A stretch of DNA of 61,676 nt, filler included, from Choristocarpus tenellus KU-1152 (taxonomy: Eukaryota > Protista > Phaeophyceae): the NCBI GenBank assembly GCA_964200185.2. It is 10 parts of 10 records of this genome, joined end to end, with 100 filler letters (N's around TTAATTAATTAA, not from the genome) between each part and the next. Parts side by side here need not be neighbours in the genome. Positions count along the whole stretch, not along the records: positions 15,629 to 32,446 come from CAXNAD020000767.1; positions 32,547 to 43,716 come from CAXNAD020002468.1; 8 more parts are not named here. One strand, written 5' to 3'. Both the position numbers and the translations under genes were made by a program. The notes below the pieces were generated by a model, which saw nothing but the letters and a program-made list of their open reading frames with translations, had not been told where the DNA came from and did no database searches. This document shows, piece after piece, positions 25,693 through 37,795 of the stretch (positions within the stretch are counted from its first letter, which is position 1; the number at the start of each line of letters is the position of its first letter).

Positions 25693-27180
25693 TCAACAAC
25701 AGCCACTAGACTCCTGTGGGGTTCCCTCTGCGAGTCCAGTTGAATTTGGTGTAAATGCATTCCCTCTTCCATGACGTGGTCTTACTCCTTGTCCACCTCT
25801 CAGCTCATCACCCCGTGTTTCCATGACGCGATCACAAACCTGGTGAAACAAAAGAGGTGTTGGATACAAAACAGAGGTAACATTCGTGCACTGGTGAGGA
25901 GTATTACCAGCACAGCACAGAAACTGTGGGATATGTGGCTTAGAGATAGGCTTTGCATTACATGTCCCATACATAAACACATACGCTTTGATCCAACAAA
26001 AAATGCCCTGCTAGCATCCTACCACTCAATTGCAGGCTGTTGACCTTTTGGACTGCTTCATCTCAATCTGCCATGACACATGAAACCTCTCAATATACCT
26101 TGGTGAACAGCTCGCTGACTCCCCAGTTCTCCTTTGCACTGGTTTCAAACAGCAGTCCATCGACAGTGGATGCGAACTGTTCCGCTCTTGCTCGGGACAC
26201 AACCCGCTTACTCTCCATGTCCGTCTAACCAGGGAAGCAGCAGTAGGTGGTAAATAGTACAAATAGAAACTAGAGACGTGTAAGAGCAGATGAAGGTAGC
26301 AACTCTGTTCGACGGCATGCATTACAAAAAAAAAAATGATGTGTGGGGCACCTTACTAGACAAATGCCAACAAGCTGACGAAAATTTCCCACTCACGAGT
26401 CTCCCTGCAGAAGTCTGCAAATAAATCCACAAAACTTGTTGAAGGGGATCTAGCTCTTGGCAATCTATCTTTGACTTTCTTGGGGGCTGGAAATAAGCGA
26501 TGCATGCACTGGACAGGGGAACGCTTCACACATGGCTCAAGTGTAATCTACCAGGGATTCTTGTAGCTGTATTTGAAAATTTCTGCGATGCAACATATGT
26601 GGTGATTCTAGCATCATTTGAAACAACAAAAAACACCCTAAGGAACCAAAGTACATTGTATCCCACCTTGTTACATGCAATTGCAAGCACCAGCTGACTC
26701 TGAGCCACATTTGTTCTTAGTTCCTCCACCCAATCCTTCATTTTCTGGAAGGACTCCTCATCCATTATATCAAAGCAAACCACGGCGACTGCCGCGTTTC
26801 GATAGTACATAGGTGCCATGGCTCGAAAACGCTCCTGGCCTGCTGTGTCCCATATCTGCATCTTGCAAACTGTTCCATTCGTGGCGCTAGACATGAAAGC
26901 GAGGTACGGTCGAGACCACAAGTCATAGAGGGGATGGCCAAAGGCATGCTGATGCAAGAAACTGTAGAACAATCAGGAGACTTACTAGCAAGGACATCAA
27001 CGGGACTAATTCGCGTGCATCGTTCCATCCATCATGGAGGGGTACTTACGTGATTTTCTTGGTGAGGAAAAAGGCACCAATGGTACTTTGCTGCTTTGGT
27101 GCGAAATATCCCTCGATGAAACGGAGTACAAGACATGTTTTTCCTACGCCCTTGTCACCAAGAACCACCACCTTGACCAT
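25693..27180 (-). CDS. Rab GTPase of the Rab5/21/22 (endocytic) supergroup, 207 aa, 4 exons
   Basis: Exons 27180-27050, 26886-26667, 26224-26099, 25839-25693. GDKGVGKT, STIGAFF, WDTAGQERFRAMAPMYYR, NKTD, ETSAK, C-terminal CC. Confidence 0.93.
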
Positions 27181-27847
27181 GCAGGAGGGTTGAGAACGGA
27201 GTCATGAGGAAGAGTGAAAGAGGAAATAGTCCAAGTTCCACTTGAGGTAGTCGATGAGGCACCAAAAGAGTAGCCGCAACAAAAATCAAGGATTGACTGG
27301 TCATGCATTGCATTTTATCGATTTAGCATTCTAACAAATTATGACCCAGAAGCAGGTAATTCATGCGAGCACAACTGCGTCTATTAAAGGTGGCGAGCCT
27401 AATAGTGGACCTCTAAAGGGATTGGAGAGTTGCCCGGTGAGTCAATGGTGGAGACCTCACCTTGAATTCCACGGGTGGTTTTGGTAAACCTGCTTCCATC
27501 AGTAGAGAGGAGGCAACAAGCCCACGCTTCTTTAGCTGTACCCACTGTCCCCTCGTTTTTTTTTCACAAAAATAGAAGTACTCGAATTTTGATGAACGTT
27601 CTGCTCATTTTACCAATTCATCCACAAAATCTTATCCAATAATTGAAGAACAAGGCAATGATCGATTTGTTCCCACTCAGGCGCTGGTATCCTCAGCTCC
27701 TGCTCGAACCGCAGCCTTCCGTGCTTGTCACAACTGAAAGTGGTCTCTGAGCTTGAGTTTCTAAAACTAATAAAGTGGGTTTCGAAGTTATTGGGTTGCC
27801 TTGATCATTGGACGCCATATACCACACAAAGGATACAACTTCTAACG

Positions 27848-30800
27848 ATGAACAAGACCTACCTCCGCTACGAGCTCACTGACACATTTGGGGTCATATC
27901 TTCCCCTCAGAGTAATGCGGTATTCGATTCCTCTGGGCAGTTGGCCATCTCTGCTGCTCTTCATGAGGTCGCCGTGTGGAACCTACGACAAGGAACGTTG
28001 GTGAGGATATCAGTGGACATCAGTGTCAGTTTGCACCACCAAGAACTACTTTCGCCTCAAGTGATTTCAACCTTCAAATGATAAGTTGATGTCCCCTGAA
28101 TCGAAATCGTAGGTACGGGTGCTTAGCCCAGAAGGCGATTTGGCAATCAAGGGACAAGTCACCCACCTGAGCCTGTCCCCAGATGGCAGCCATGTATCAG
28201 CAGGATATTCCACAGGTATTGTCGTGATTTTCAACCTACATAATGGATCCACTGCTGTGACACTCAACGGGCATCGCTCAGCTGTTACGGCAGGGCGCTA
28301 TCATAACTCCGGAGCGCTGCTGGCGAGTGGGGCAGCCGACACAGACATCGTTGTTTGGGACACCATTGCTGAGTCAGGACTGTACAGGTTAAAGGGACAC
28401 CGAGACGGTGTCACTGATGTTTCCTTCCTGGTTATTGCTGACCGTCTTCCGAATGGCTTAGCCTCGTGCAGCAAAGACACATTGGTGAAACTTTGGGACC
28501 TTGATACACAGAGCTGCGTGCAGACGATTGTTGGCCACCGAGGGGAGGCAAGTACCTAACACCATCCCGTCAAAGATTACCATTGAGATTGCCCGCAGCC
28601 GTTATCTCAAACGCGCACGAAAGCCACCCTCTTTGAGGATAAAGCATTATCCTGGATGATGACACAAATGTGTTAGAGCGACATCCCAGATGGCCCTTCT
28701 TATCTGTCTGGATCCCGTGGGCTCTTGAGATTTCTGTCTGACAGACCAAATGCTTGTGCCAGTGTGAGCTTGATAGCACAACACAAACCTGAAACATCCT
28801 ATTCTTACAGGTCCGACGACCCACGTGAGGTGAAGGAATGCTTTGCCACAAGTTGTATCTATTAATTACTATTTAGCGCAAGTGGGTTTATGTGACACCT
28901 TCACTAATTCCCTTGTTGTGGGAATGGTGGTGGTGTTACAGGTGTGGGGATTAGATGTGAACCCTGCGTCAACCAGGATGGTGACAGGTGCAAGTGACAA
29001 TCAGCTTCGGATGTGGTGCCTGGGAGAAGAGGGAGATGCAATGGAGATGGATGATGACTCTACCGGGAAGGGTCAAGGCAGGGGGGAGGACGGGGAGGCT
29101 GCAGAAAAGGGAGAGGGTATTGTGGCTGTTTACATGGGATCTGTGGTGAGGCAGGGCAATGGTAAGTGGCTGAGGTCCTGGTCACTCCATTGATTTATCC
29201 TACATGCCTGTTTTGTTTCATCCCACTATTAGATGCAGCTGCTCGACTCTCTCAACACTCGACTTGTAAAGGCCTTCAACCTAAGATCATTTTTACCACT
29301 CCCCCCAGAAGTGTTGAAATAGTGCATAATGCTCAGGATCTTAGGTAGTGTCATGAATCAAGGCATCTGTCGATCCCATGCCTTCACTTGGTGACCCTGT
29401 TACGTTGCCTCTACAGATCGAGCTTCCCGGGTTAGGTTCCATCCAAAAGGACTCTTGCTAGGCGTTCAGGGAGCAGGCAAGATGGTTGAGGTGTTTCGAA
29501 TGCGAAGAGAGTCAGAGATCAAAAAGAAGAAGAAGAGGTGATTTTAAACGTAGTGAACCATCTCAAGGAAGACAGATGCTGATCCTGCTGTTGACAGACG
29601 AAGAAAATATGTGTCAAAGGAGATGGGAGATGCACAGGGGCGGGGCGGTGGAAGATGAGGAGAGAGAGAGCAATGGAAACAGTGGGAACAATGGAAAGCA
29701 GGTTTTAGTCTAAATCTATCACATGCATACCACTGTTTTTGTCTGTTACTGGTTTGTTGTCATGATAGTTACTATCACCCCTCTTGTGTGCCACTTAACC
29801 TTTCAGGCAATAATACCAAGCACATACTTGCTTCTGATGTGCAAGCAGCATCCCATCACTGCCCAACTAAAGACCTCGCTGCTCCTCTCTCCCACTACAA
29901 CTGTTTTGCCTCACACTCATTGAAAGGCGGATAAAGCGACAGAAGGAAAAGGCCGACTTGAGAAATACAGGAACAGAAGCAACACCTGGTGGTGGTGGGG
30001 CATGGGATGTGACAGAGGATGAGGCTGCATCAAAAAGTGCAGCAAGGGAACAGGAGGGATTGCTAGCACAGGCCACAAACCTTGGGAGCTCAGATCGTGT
30101 GATCGCAGGTGATGAGTTAGAGTCTGCACTGGTGCTCCGAGCCAGTCACAGAGTCCGCTCCTTTGACTTTTCTCCAACAATGACAAGGGATGGAGTAGGG
30201 TCCAGGGTGTTGATTGCACTACACAACAATTCGCTGGAGCTCTGGGGTCTTGAGGGCACTACGACACAGAAAGATAAGGTCAAGAAGAAGGGAGGGGGAA
30301 GGGGAGAGGAGGATGGAGGAGAGGGAGGGGGGGGGGGGGGGGGAGGGGAGGGTGCAAAGAGCTCCCGACTTGCTGTGCTTGACATGCATGGTCATCGCAG
30401 CGATGTGAGGGCGTTGGCAGTGAGCTCAGATGATACGCTGGTTGCATCGGTGTCACACGGCCTTGCCAAGGTGTGGAGTTCCCGCACGAAACATTGCATT
30501 CGTTCTGTGCCATGCGGGTTTGGGTTGAGTGTGGTGTTTGCACCAGGTGACAGGCACCTCCTCATTGGGACCAAAGAGGGATCCTTGCAGGTGAGAATTC
30601 GATGCACACCACTTGTTTTTTGTTGTGACTGTTGAAACATCGGTCTTGGTGTGAGCACAGTGCAGAGGGTAGATGTGTTTGTGCCGTTGAGCTCTCTGCT
30701 TGTGGATATCTCACTTGGAGTTGCACTAAAGTAGCTATACTACATGGTGGAGTATGCTGGGTCCCGCTGCAACCGCCATGCCCTATGAATTAAACTACGT

Positions 30801-32124
30801 GGCTACTCGGAGGAGTGGCCTGGCTGTTGTGTAAAATTGTGAGAGGAACCCTGAAAGTGCATACATCAAACTTATTTTTTTATTTTTTGTATGGCTGTTT
30901 TTTGCAGCAGTTTATTACACACTCCCTCTCATAATCATTTTTGTAATTGCTAGTTACTATCTCTTTTGCACTGCTGCAATGTGATTTAGAGTTGTCTGTT
31001 ATTTGCTAGTTCAGAAGTCTCTTCATAAAATAGTTGCAAATTGAAGTGCCAGGCTGCTATTATTTGTAAGGTTGGGTTTTATTAGTATATTACCAGAAGC
31101 TACAACATTGTACCATGAGGAGACGCTCAGGTGGCGTACCATCTTAAGCATGCTGAAGATGTTTAGGAACTAAGCATTCGTGCCTTGTAGGAACATTTTA
31201 ATATCGTACTTGCTTTGTCTTCTTCACTGATGAGTGTTGTGCCATTACCCACTATTGCATTTCTCCCATTCCTCCCTCAGGTTATTGATCTTGCATCGGG
31301 GGACATGATACAGAACTATGAAGCACATGAGGGGGCTATTTGGTCACTTGATTTGCGCCCTGATGAAAAGGGCCTGGTGACAGGCAGTGCTGACCGCCAG
31401 GTTTGTATTGATATTGAAGTGTCCTTCTCATTCCTTCCAACCCCTTCCCTTTTTTTTGCTTTTTTTTGCAGGCATGCGCTAGGACGAGGCATATGTATCT
31501 CTCCCCCTTCTGGCCCATATTATTGTGAACACTATAGGAGTCACCGATGCATTGCTGCCCTCACTTATCAAGGGCGTAACACTGATGGGTGTAGCAAAAC
31601 ACCTTCCAGAGTTATGTTCCTGGATGTGAGTCTACTGTTTGCTTTACCTCACCTACAGAAGCCTTGAGTGCTCTGTTGTGTCGTTTGCACTGCGTAGCAC
31701 TTTGTCTTCTTCAACTCAACCTTGATATCCCAATGGCGGTGTCCTGTCTCATTGCGAATGTCTCAATGCGTGACAGGTCAAGTTCTGGGACTTTGAGGTG
31801 GCGGCAGGTAACCTTGGATTGGTGCACACTCGTTCCCTGAAGATGGCAGACGATGTCCTCTGTGTTAGATACTCCCGTCACAAGCAGGCTTCCAAGCTCC
31901 TCGTTGCTGTAGCCATCCTTGATTCTACAGTCAAGGTCTTCCATGATGACTCACTCAAGTTCTTCCTCTCACTGTATGGGCATAAGCTTCCAGTCATGTC
32001 CATGGACACCTCCGATGATGGGACTCTCATAGTCACAGGGTCTGCAGACAAGACTGTGAAGATCTGGGGGCTGGACTTTGGAGACTGCCATCGAAGCCTG
32101 CTGGCTCATGATGACAGTGTCATG
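27848..32124 (+). CDS. WDR3: WD40 SSU-processome protein WDR3/DIP2/UTP12, 3' partial
   Basis: Exons 27848-28000, 28113-28547, 28942-29161, 29417-29537, 29927-30590, 31281-31400, 31777-32124. [60 protein letters not shown]. Confidence 0.93.
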
Positions 32125-32393
32125 GTGTGTCCTTGTGGTCTTTGGTCGGCTCTATGTTGTACTACATTCTTCACCCTCGGGAGCATAATGGCACCCTATA
32201 GTGCGGCTGGCTGGCGTACATGATGTAGTGGACTGGGATGCTTACAAGCTTGAAACCTTAAGAAGTTTGTTGTAGGTATATTCAACCTTTTGTCTTATTG
32301 TCCTCCCAACAAAGTACATTTATCTTCTCGGACTTGAAATTTTAACTGGAGGATGCTTTGACCAGTGCTTTTTCCTCCTTTCTATTGAACCAG

Positions 32394-32443
<50 letters not shown>

Positions 32444-34649
32444 ACCNNNNNNNNNNNNNNNNNNNNNNNNNNNNNNNNNNNNNNNNNNNNTTAATTAATT
32501 AANNNNNNNNNNNNNNNNNNNNNNNNNNNNNNNNNNNNNNNNNNNNACAGACACCAAGCAATCTCGCCGGGTTTATCACCTTTACCCTCTTTGACGATTT
32601 TGGGGATAATTTAACAATTCTATCACGCGAAAGATCTTGTCGAATATATCTAATGCTACGTCAGTACAGGAAGACATATTTTTTACATTAATTGTTCCTT
32701 TCCTAACTATGTAACTTCGTGAGCAGACTAATGCGATGCTTTTCCAAAGTAAAGCAAAAGAAGAGGGCGGGTGAGGTTCTATCACACACATTTACAACAA
32801 CCTTCTATCATCAGAACCTTGGTAGGGTAGCATGTGTAGAAATTAATTGCATTTAATCTAATACCAGAAGAATTGGATACGTTCTGCCGAGGTTCCCAGA
32901 TTGTTGTTTGGAATGTGAGTTATAGGTCAAAATGTTTTTTGAACACAAGCACCTCGTATCGCAACTTGTTCGACGTAAGTATATCCATGTTCAAACTTTT
33001 TCTAATTCAATTTTGCTGCCAGGAAAGAGAATTGATTGATACTTTCTTGCAATTCGACGTGTGCATTGAAACAACTAACTGTTAATGAAATGTGAAGTAT
33101 TCACAGTGCTCTGATGAACTGCTTTAGACATGCGAGGAACTTGAGAAAAGGGGTGTAGATTTGCCGTATGGTCACATTGTTTACCATTACTACTAATAAA
33201 TAATCCTGTACGTTAAACACGTACTTCGAAGCATTTGTATGCCAGGAACCGGTTGTAAATATTATGTATAAAACCTGGACTTCGGTGTCGTGTTATTTTT
33301 GGGGTTATCTTCGTGGTGATTGGGTACTAACACGCTCTCCTCGTCTTCGTGTGTATTGTATAGGGATATTTTCCACCATACTTACGTGACATATTGATCT
33401 GGTTTATTGACTCGAGCCCCGATAAATTCAGCGGTCTTCAGATAGCTATAGTCAGATCATCAATATTATGTTCTGTAAGATTTGCATGCTATGCCGTCCA
33501 AGGGGACAGGCGACACCTTATTTGTTCAAAGTGCAATAGGGTGTTCTATGTATTCACCATGAAAACTCTAAAAAAGGTGTAAATTCATGTTAGAAAGCAT
33601 ACCGATTTACCTGTGATGGAGGAGGGCTCGTTCCTATGAGGACAATCCTTTCTTACCTTCATGAAAAAAAATTCTCATATATCAAAATTGATCATAATAA
33701 TTTGTAGGACACCCAACGTATAGATACACATACATACCAATATAATAACCTATATAGACCTGGAATAGTCATCATTACTGCTGTTAAATATTTTTTACAT
33801 GGCAAGGCCTTACATGGAACTATCATTGCCCGACTGTCTGTGGTTTTGTCAGTGCGGCTTTTTCCGTTGAAAACAATCTAAAATCAATCGGGGGAACACT
33901 GTACACGCAATATGTTCACATATACACGTACCATTCTTACACGTTATGCGGACATCAACTCGTGTATGATACACCCGGTATTTTTTTCTCAGTTGCTCTG
34001 GGACTCGGTGGGGGATTTGGGGTCTAACCTTAGCTCATTCCCTCTCGCTTCCACTTTGATTGGGAAACTTCTGTATTTACGCCGCTGACATGTCATAGTG
34101 GGTCGGTGTTCATTATTTTTTGTATTTTTTTGGCGATTGGGAGGACATCGTACTTGCTTAACGCTAGTATCTTTCCCTGCCCTCGGTAAGAACATAAGGC
34201 CAAGATCTCCCCTGCTCGCCCATGAAGTGAACACATGATTCGTGTATCAGATGTCTGATTCCTGGACTGTCATTTCCCGCTTACTGCACTCAACCTGTAC
34301 ATTCTACAACTGCAGAAGGCCATCCAGTTCAATGAGCCTAAATCAACAACACGCTACATGGCTATACATGCAAGCATGAAGATCAACACCTAACCTTGGC
34401 AATATAGTATGACTTCCTTCCCTCGATCATATCATCTAACCACACAACTATATCCTCATCTCCCAAACATCCAACTGTATAACCCAATCAATTTTTCACA
34501 TGATGTACTGCATGGAGGTACGTTCCTCAATCTATGCACACACGACGTCCACATCTGATTCATAACCGAAACGCCTTCTACCGTAAACCATTCTATTGAA
34601 TACACAAGTCCAATGCGGAGGCACATTCAGACCTAAAGTAAAGGAGAGG

Positions 34650-34905
34650 TACCTAGGTTTCGCCCGTTTTGAATTTTAATACACTTTCCATTTTTTTGAA
34701 AAAGTTTACCCATATTTCTATGGGTAAACTGTTCAGTTTAACTTGAGAGCGTTGGTTTCTTTATTGTTTGAAAATTTTCGACAGAATCAGAAGAGTTCAT
34801 GTGCTCATCTGTACGTAAAGTCGAAATTTGGACACAGTTGCCAACATCCTCAAAATGCAACTCTGGGCACCTCTCGTTTACTTCGACTCTCAAAAATAAT
34901 TTGCA
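34650..34905 (+). repeat. Unclassified dispersed repeat Y (second copy 44432-44690)
   Basis: TACCYAGGTTT...CCCATA.TT.CTATGG...ACTTGAG.GCGTT.GTTTCT..ATTGTTTGAAA...CATCCT..AAATGCA.CT.TGG.CACCTCTC in both copies. Confidence 0.7.
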
Positions 34906-35454
34906 TTCACATTTGTTCCTATATCACATTGCCTATCACGGAATCATATCCTACCTCATCCCCTCCCTCAGTCCATACACATTGCTTCCACGGGAGGGGA
35001 AGGCCACCCCACCAATTTGATATGGTCTGACTCCAGTACATTTATTTCCAGAGGATTGAAGCGAAGTCTAGGAAGTAGACGATTCTTTTTGTTTTTCATT
35101 TGCTTTTATGTTCCTCGATTAGAAATGATGAAGATTACGAATGCAGTCAATCACATTTGCAAGGTGCTCATTTCTAGTTTCATTTTCAACTTCATTATAG
35201 TTGCCACCATTTTATTTTGTTTATTTTATGTTGAAACCTATTACGGTTATTAGGTGATCATTTTATAACGATTTATTCGTTTGAAAAAGTGAAGTATAGT
35301 TGAATATGTTTCTAAGTAAGATGTTATTTACTAAATTAATCATGAGGTGACCATACTCAAAAGATGTTCTGCATTGTCATCTACGAGCTATGTTCTGATT
35401 GGATAATCGAAATAAACTCATCAAGGATTTGTATAACAAGAACTACAATATATA

Positions 35455-36080
35455 TCATTATTTCCTCTGACAATTTGCAGATGTGTCAGGGGGGAAACAA
35501 ATGAAAACTATACATATGTCAATATTTGCCCTAAAAAAGAAATAAAATATCATAAATGTGAAAAATACTGTAAAAAATTATAAATGTGAAAAACACTACT
35601 TTGTTCCTTCACCACTTACTATCAAATATTGTACAACTGCCTTCCTCCTGTGTTTCTCATCTACCTACTCCTGCGCCCCGGGGGGGGGAAGCTAGGGAGG
35701 CATCCCAAGAATCCAACACACCCCTCCATACCCATCTCCCTGGTGACTCTAGTTTAAAGCGCATGACAAATCTGGGACTATTGTTTTATACTTAAAAATC
35801 TGAAACTCAACAATCCCTTGTCTACATTTGCCAACCTTCAAAGGCATGATATTTATATATATAATTTTATTTGCTTTTATGTTTGCTACAATCATCATTT
35901 CATTTTATTAATCAATATTATGCCCTCTGACATTTTACAGATGTGTCAAGGGGGAAACCAATGAGAACTATTCACATGTCAGTATAAATCCCAAGAAATA
36001 AATTAGTCACAAATGTAAAAAATATTGATCTATTTGCTATTTTACTTCTTTGTCATACCACTGCCTTCCTTATTTGTATC
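35455..36080 (-). mobile_element. Two neighbouring 3'-end fragments of the RLE non-LTR element (~35455-35781 and ~35916-36080)
   Basis: CCTCTGACA.TTT.CAGATGTGTC and CCCATCTCC.TGGTGACTC.AG.TTAAA.CGCATGA match 10530-10825. Confidence 0.7.
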
Positions 36081-37795
36081 ATTGAAGGAAGAGCTTTTGG
36101 TGAATTGTGGTGGCACTTCGAAAACAGAAAGGAGGAGTATCGATTTCATGTACACTTCTGTGCACATAAAGCAATTAAATAGAATATATTGTACAGGGTA
36201 AGAAATTTGACTTAGAATGCGAAAGGGTACAAAACTGCCTCTCAATTGGTTTGACTCATTTGAAGGTGATACACTTTGTCAATTTCTTTGTTTCAGGGTA
36301 GTTGCAATACACCCCAGTGTAAATACTAGTTTTGATGAATTTCACATGATATGGATACAGGCAAACAGTATTACTGCATTCATGTAAAATTGTTCGGATA
36401 CTACGTTCTCTAAAACTAGAGACAGTGTATTTGTTGTTACAGCATCAACTTGGTGTGATGACGTTTGACCGTTCTGCACTCTAGACCCACTTCCAACAAG
36501 GCATTGAAGGTGTCAGGCAAACAGGTCAACGGGTGAGGGCATCTACCTCATGGGAGTTCCTTGACACCTACAACAGGACAGGTGGAAGATCGTATCGATC
36601 CACCGTGGGAACCAAGCTGATTTCCACTGTCACCTGAAAACGTTCAAGATAGACGCTGCACAATTAAAAAGCACTTGCTCTGCTCCGCAATTCCTAATAG
36701 TATGAGTAACTACTCTTCACATACTACTATTGTCAAGAACACACAACCAATGCTGGTGCCAAGGACAACAGTCGCAGCAGCAACAGCTGTTCCTGATATA
36801 TTTCCCAAAATAGAAAGTCTATTTTTACCTTCTCCAATTTCCAATCAACTGAAACCACCTCTTCTAGCCAATGAAGGATATACATCCACTTCATAGATGG
36901 AAGCATTTCGATGACTACAGCACAACTTCTCATTAACACTGAACTGAGGAAGCAAACAGACCAATGAACAATAGCATATTATCATTATCCCTTTACGTTG
37001 AATGCTTCCAAAAAAACACGTGAATGCCATCTGGGCATTCTTGAGATCACGCCTTAAACCTCACAAAAGGAAACGAATGACACATGATAATCTCCTTCCA
37101 TGAGGAGATACCACAGTATTGAAATGTTACCAATTCTAGTCTGCTGATACACGACCAGCTCACAATTGTGAGCAGGAAACATACTCATTTTTATACCTAA
37201 TTCATGCACACCACACTAGCTACGTAGTACATCATACTGCACTTTTCTATGCCATGTCACTCCAAGTACATCAGCGTATAAACCTCAAAATGCATAATCA
37301 CCTTATCGTTCTCCGTGCACATTTTCCTGCAAACGCACAACTAGGGGTCTCGACAGGTGTTCTATGTATGGTGCATGAGACTCCATTGCAAAGACATCAA
37401 CACAGAGAACATCCTAGCACAGAGAGGGTTGGAATTGGAGGGGGCTCAAGTACTCCAGCAATTAACACAACACTAAATGGGTCATGGAAGGAAAACCCTG
37501 TCAACACCAAACAACTAAATCAGATGATGCACCCCCTTCAAAATGACAGCAGCACAAGTGGACCATTTGGAAACACCAGCCAGTCCAAGACAGATGTACA
37601 CAATGTATCGGAGAGAAGGGACAAGCACCAGCCCCACACATTGAGAACAGCACAGTAATGGCAGACACTTCAAACTGTGAATTGTGAGGAAAATGTGACC
37701 CCTCAACAATTCCAGGACAAGGCAAAAAATAAAATACAAGAAACGTGTGGACTTTCAACCTAAAACGAAAGTCAGCAAGAAATAGATCATTATGA

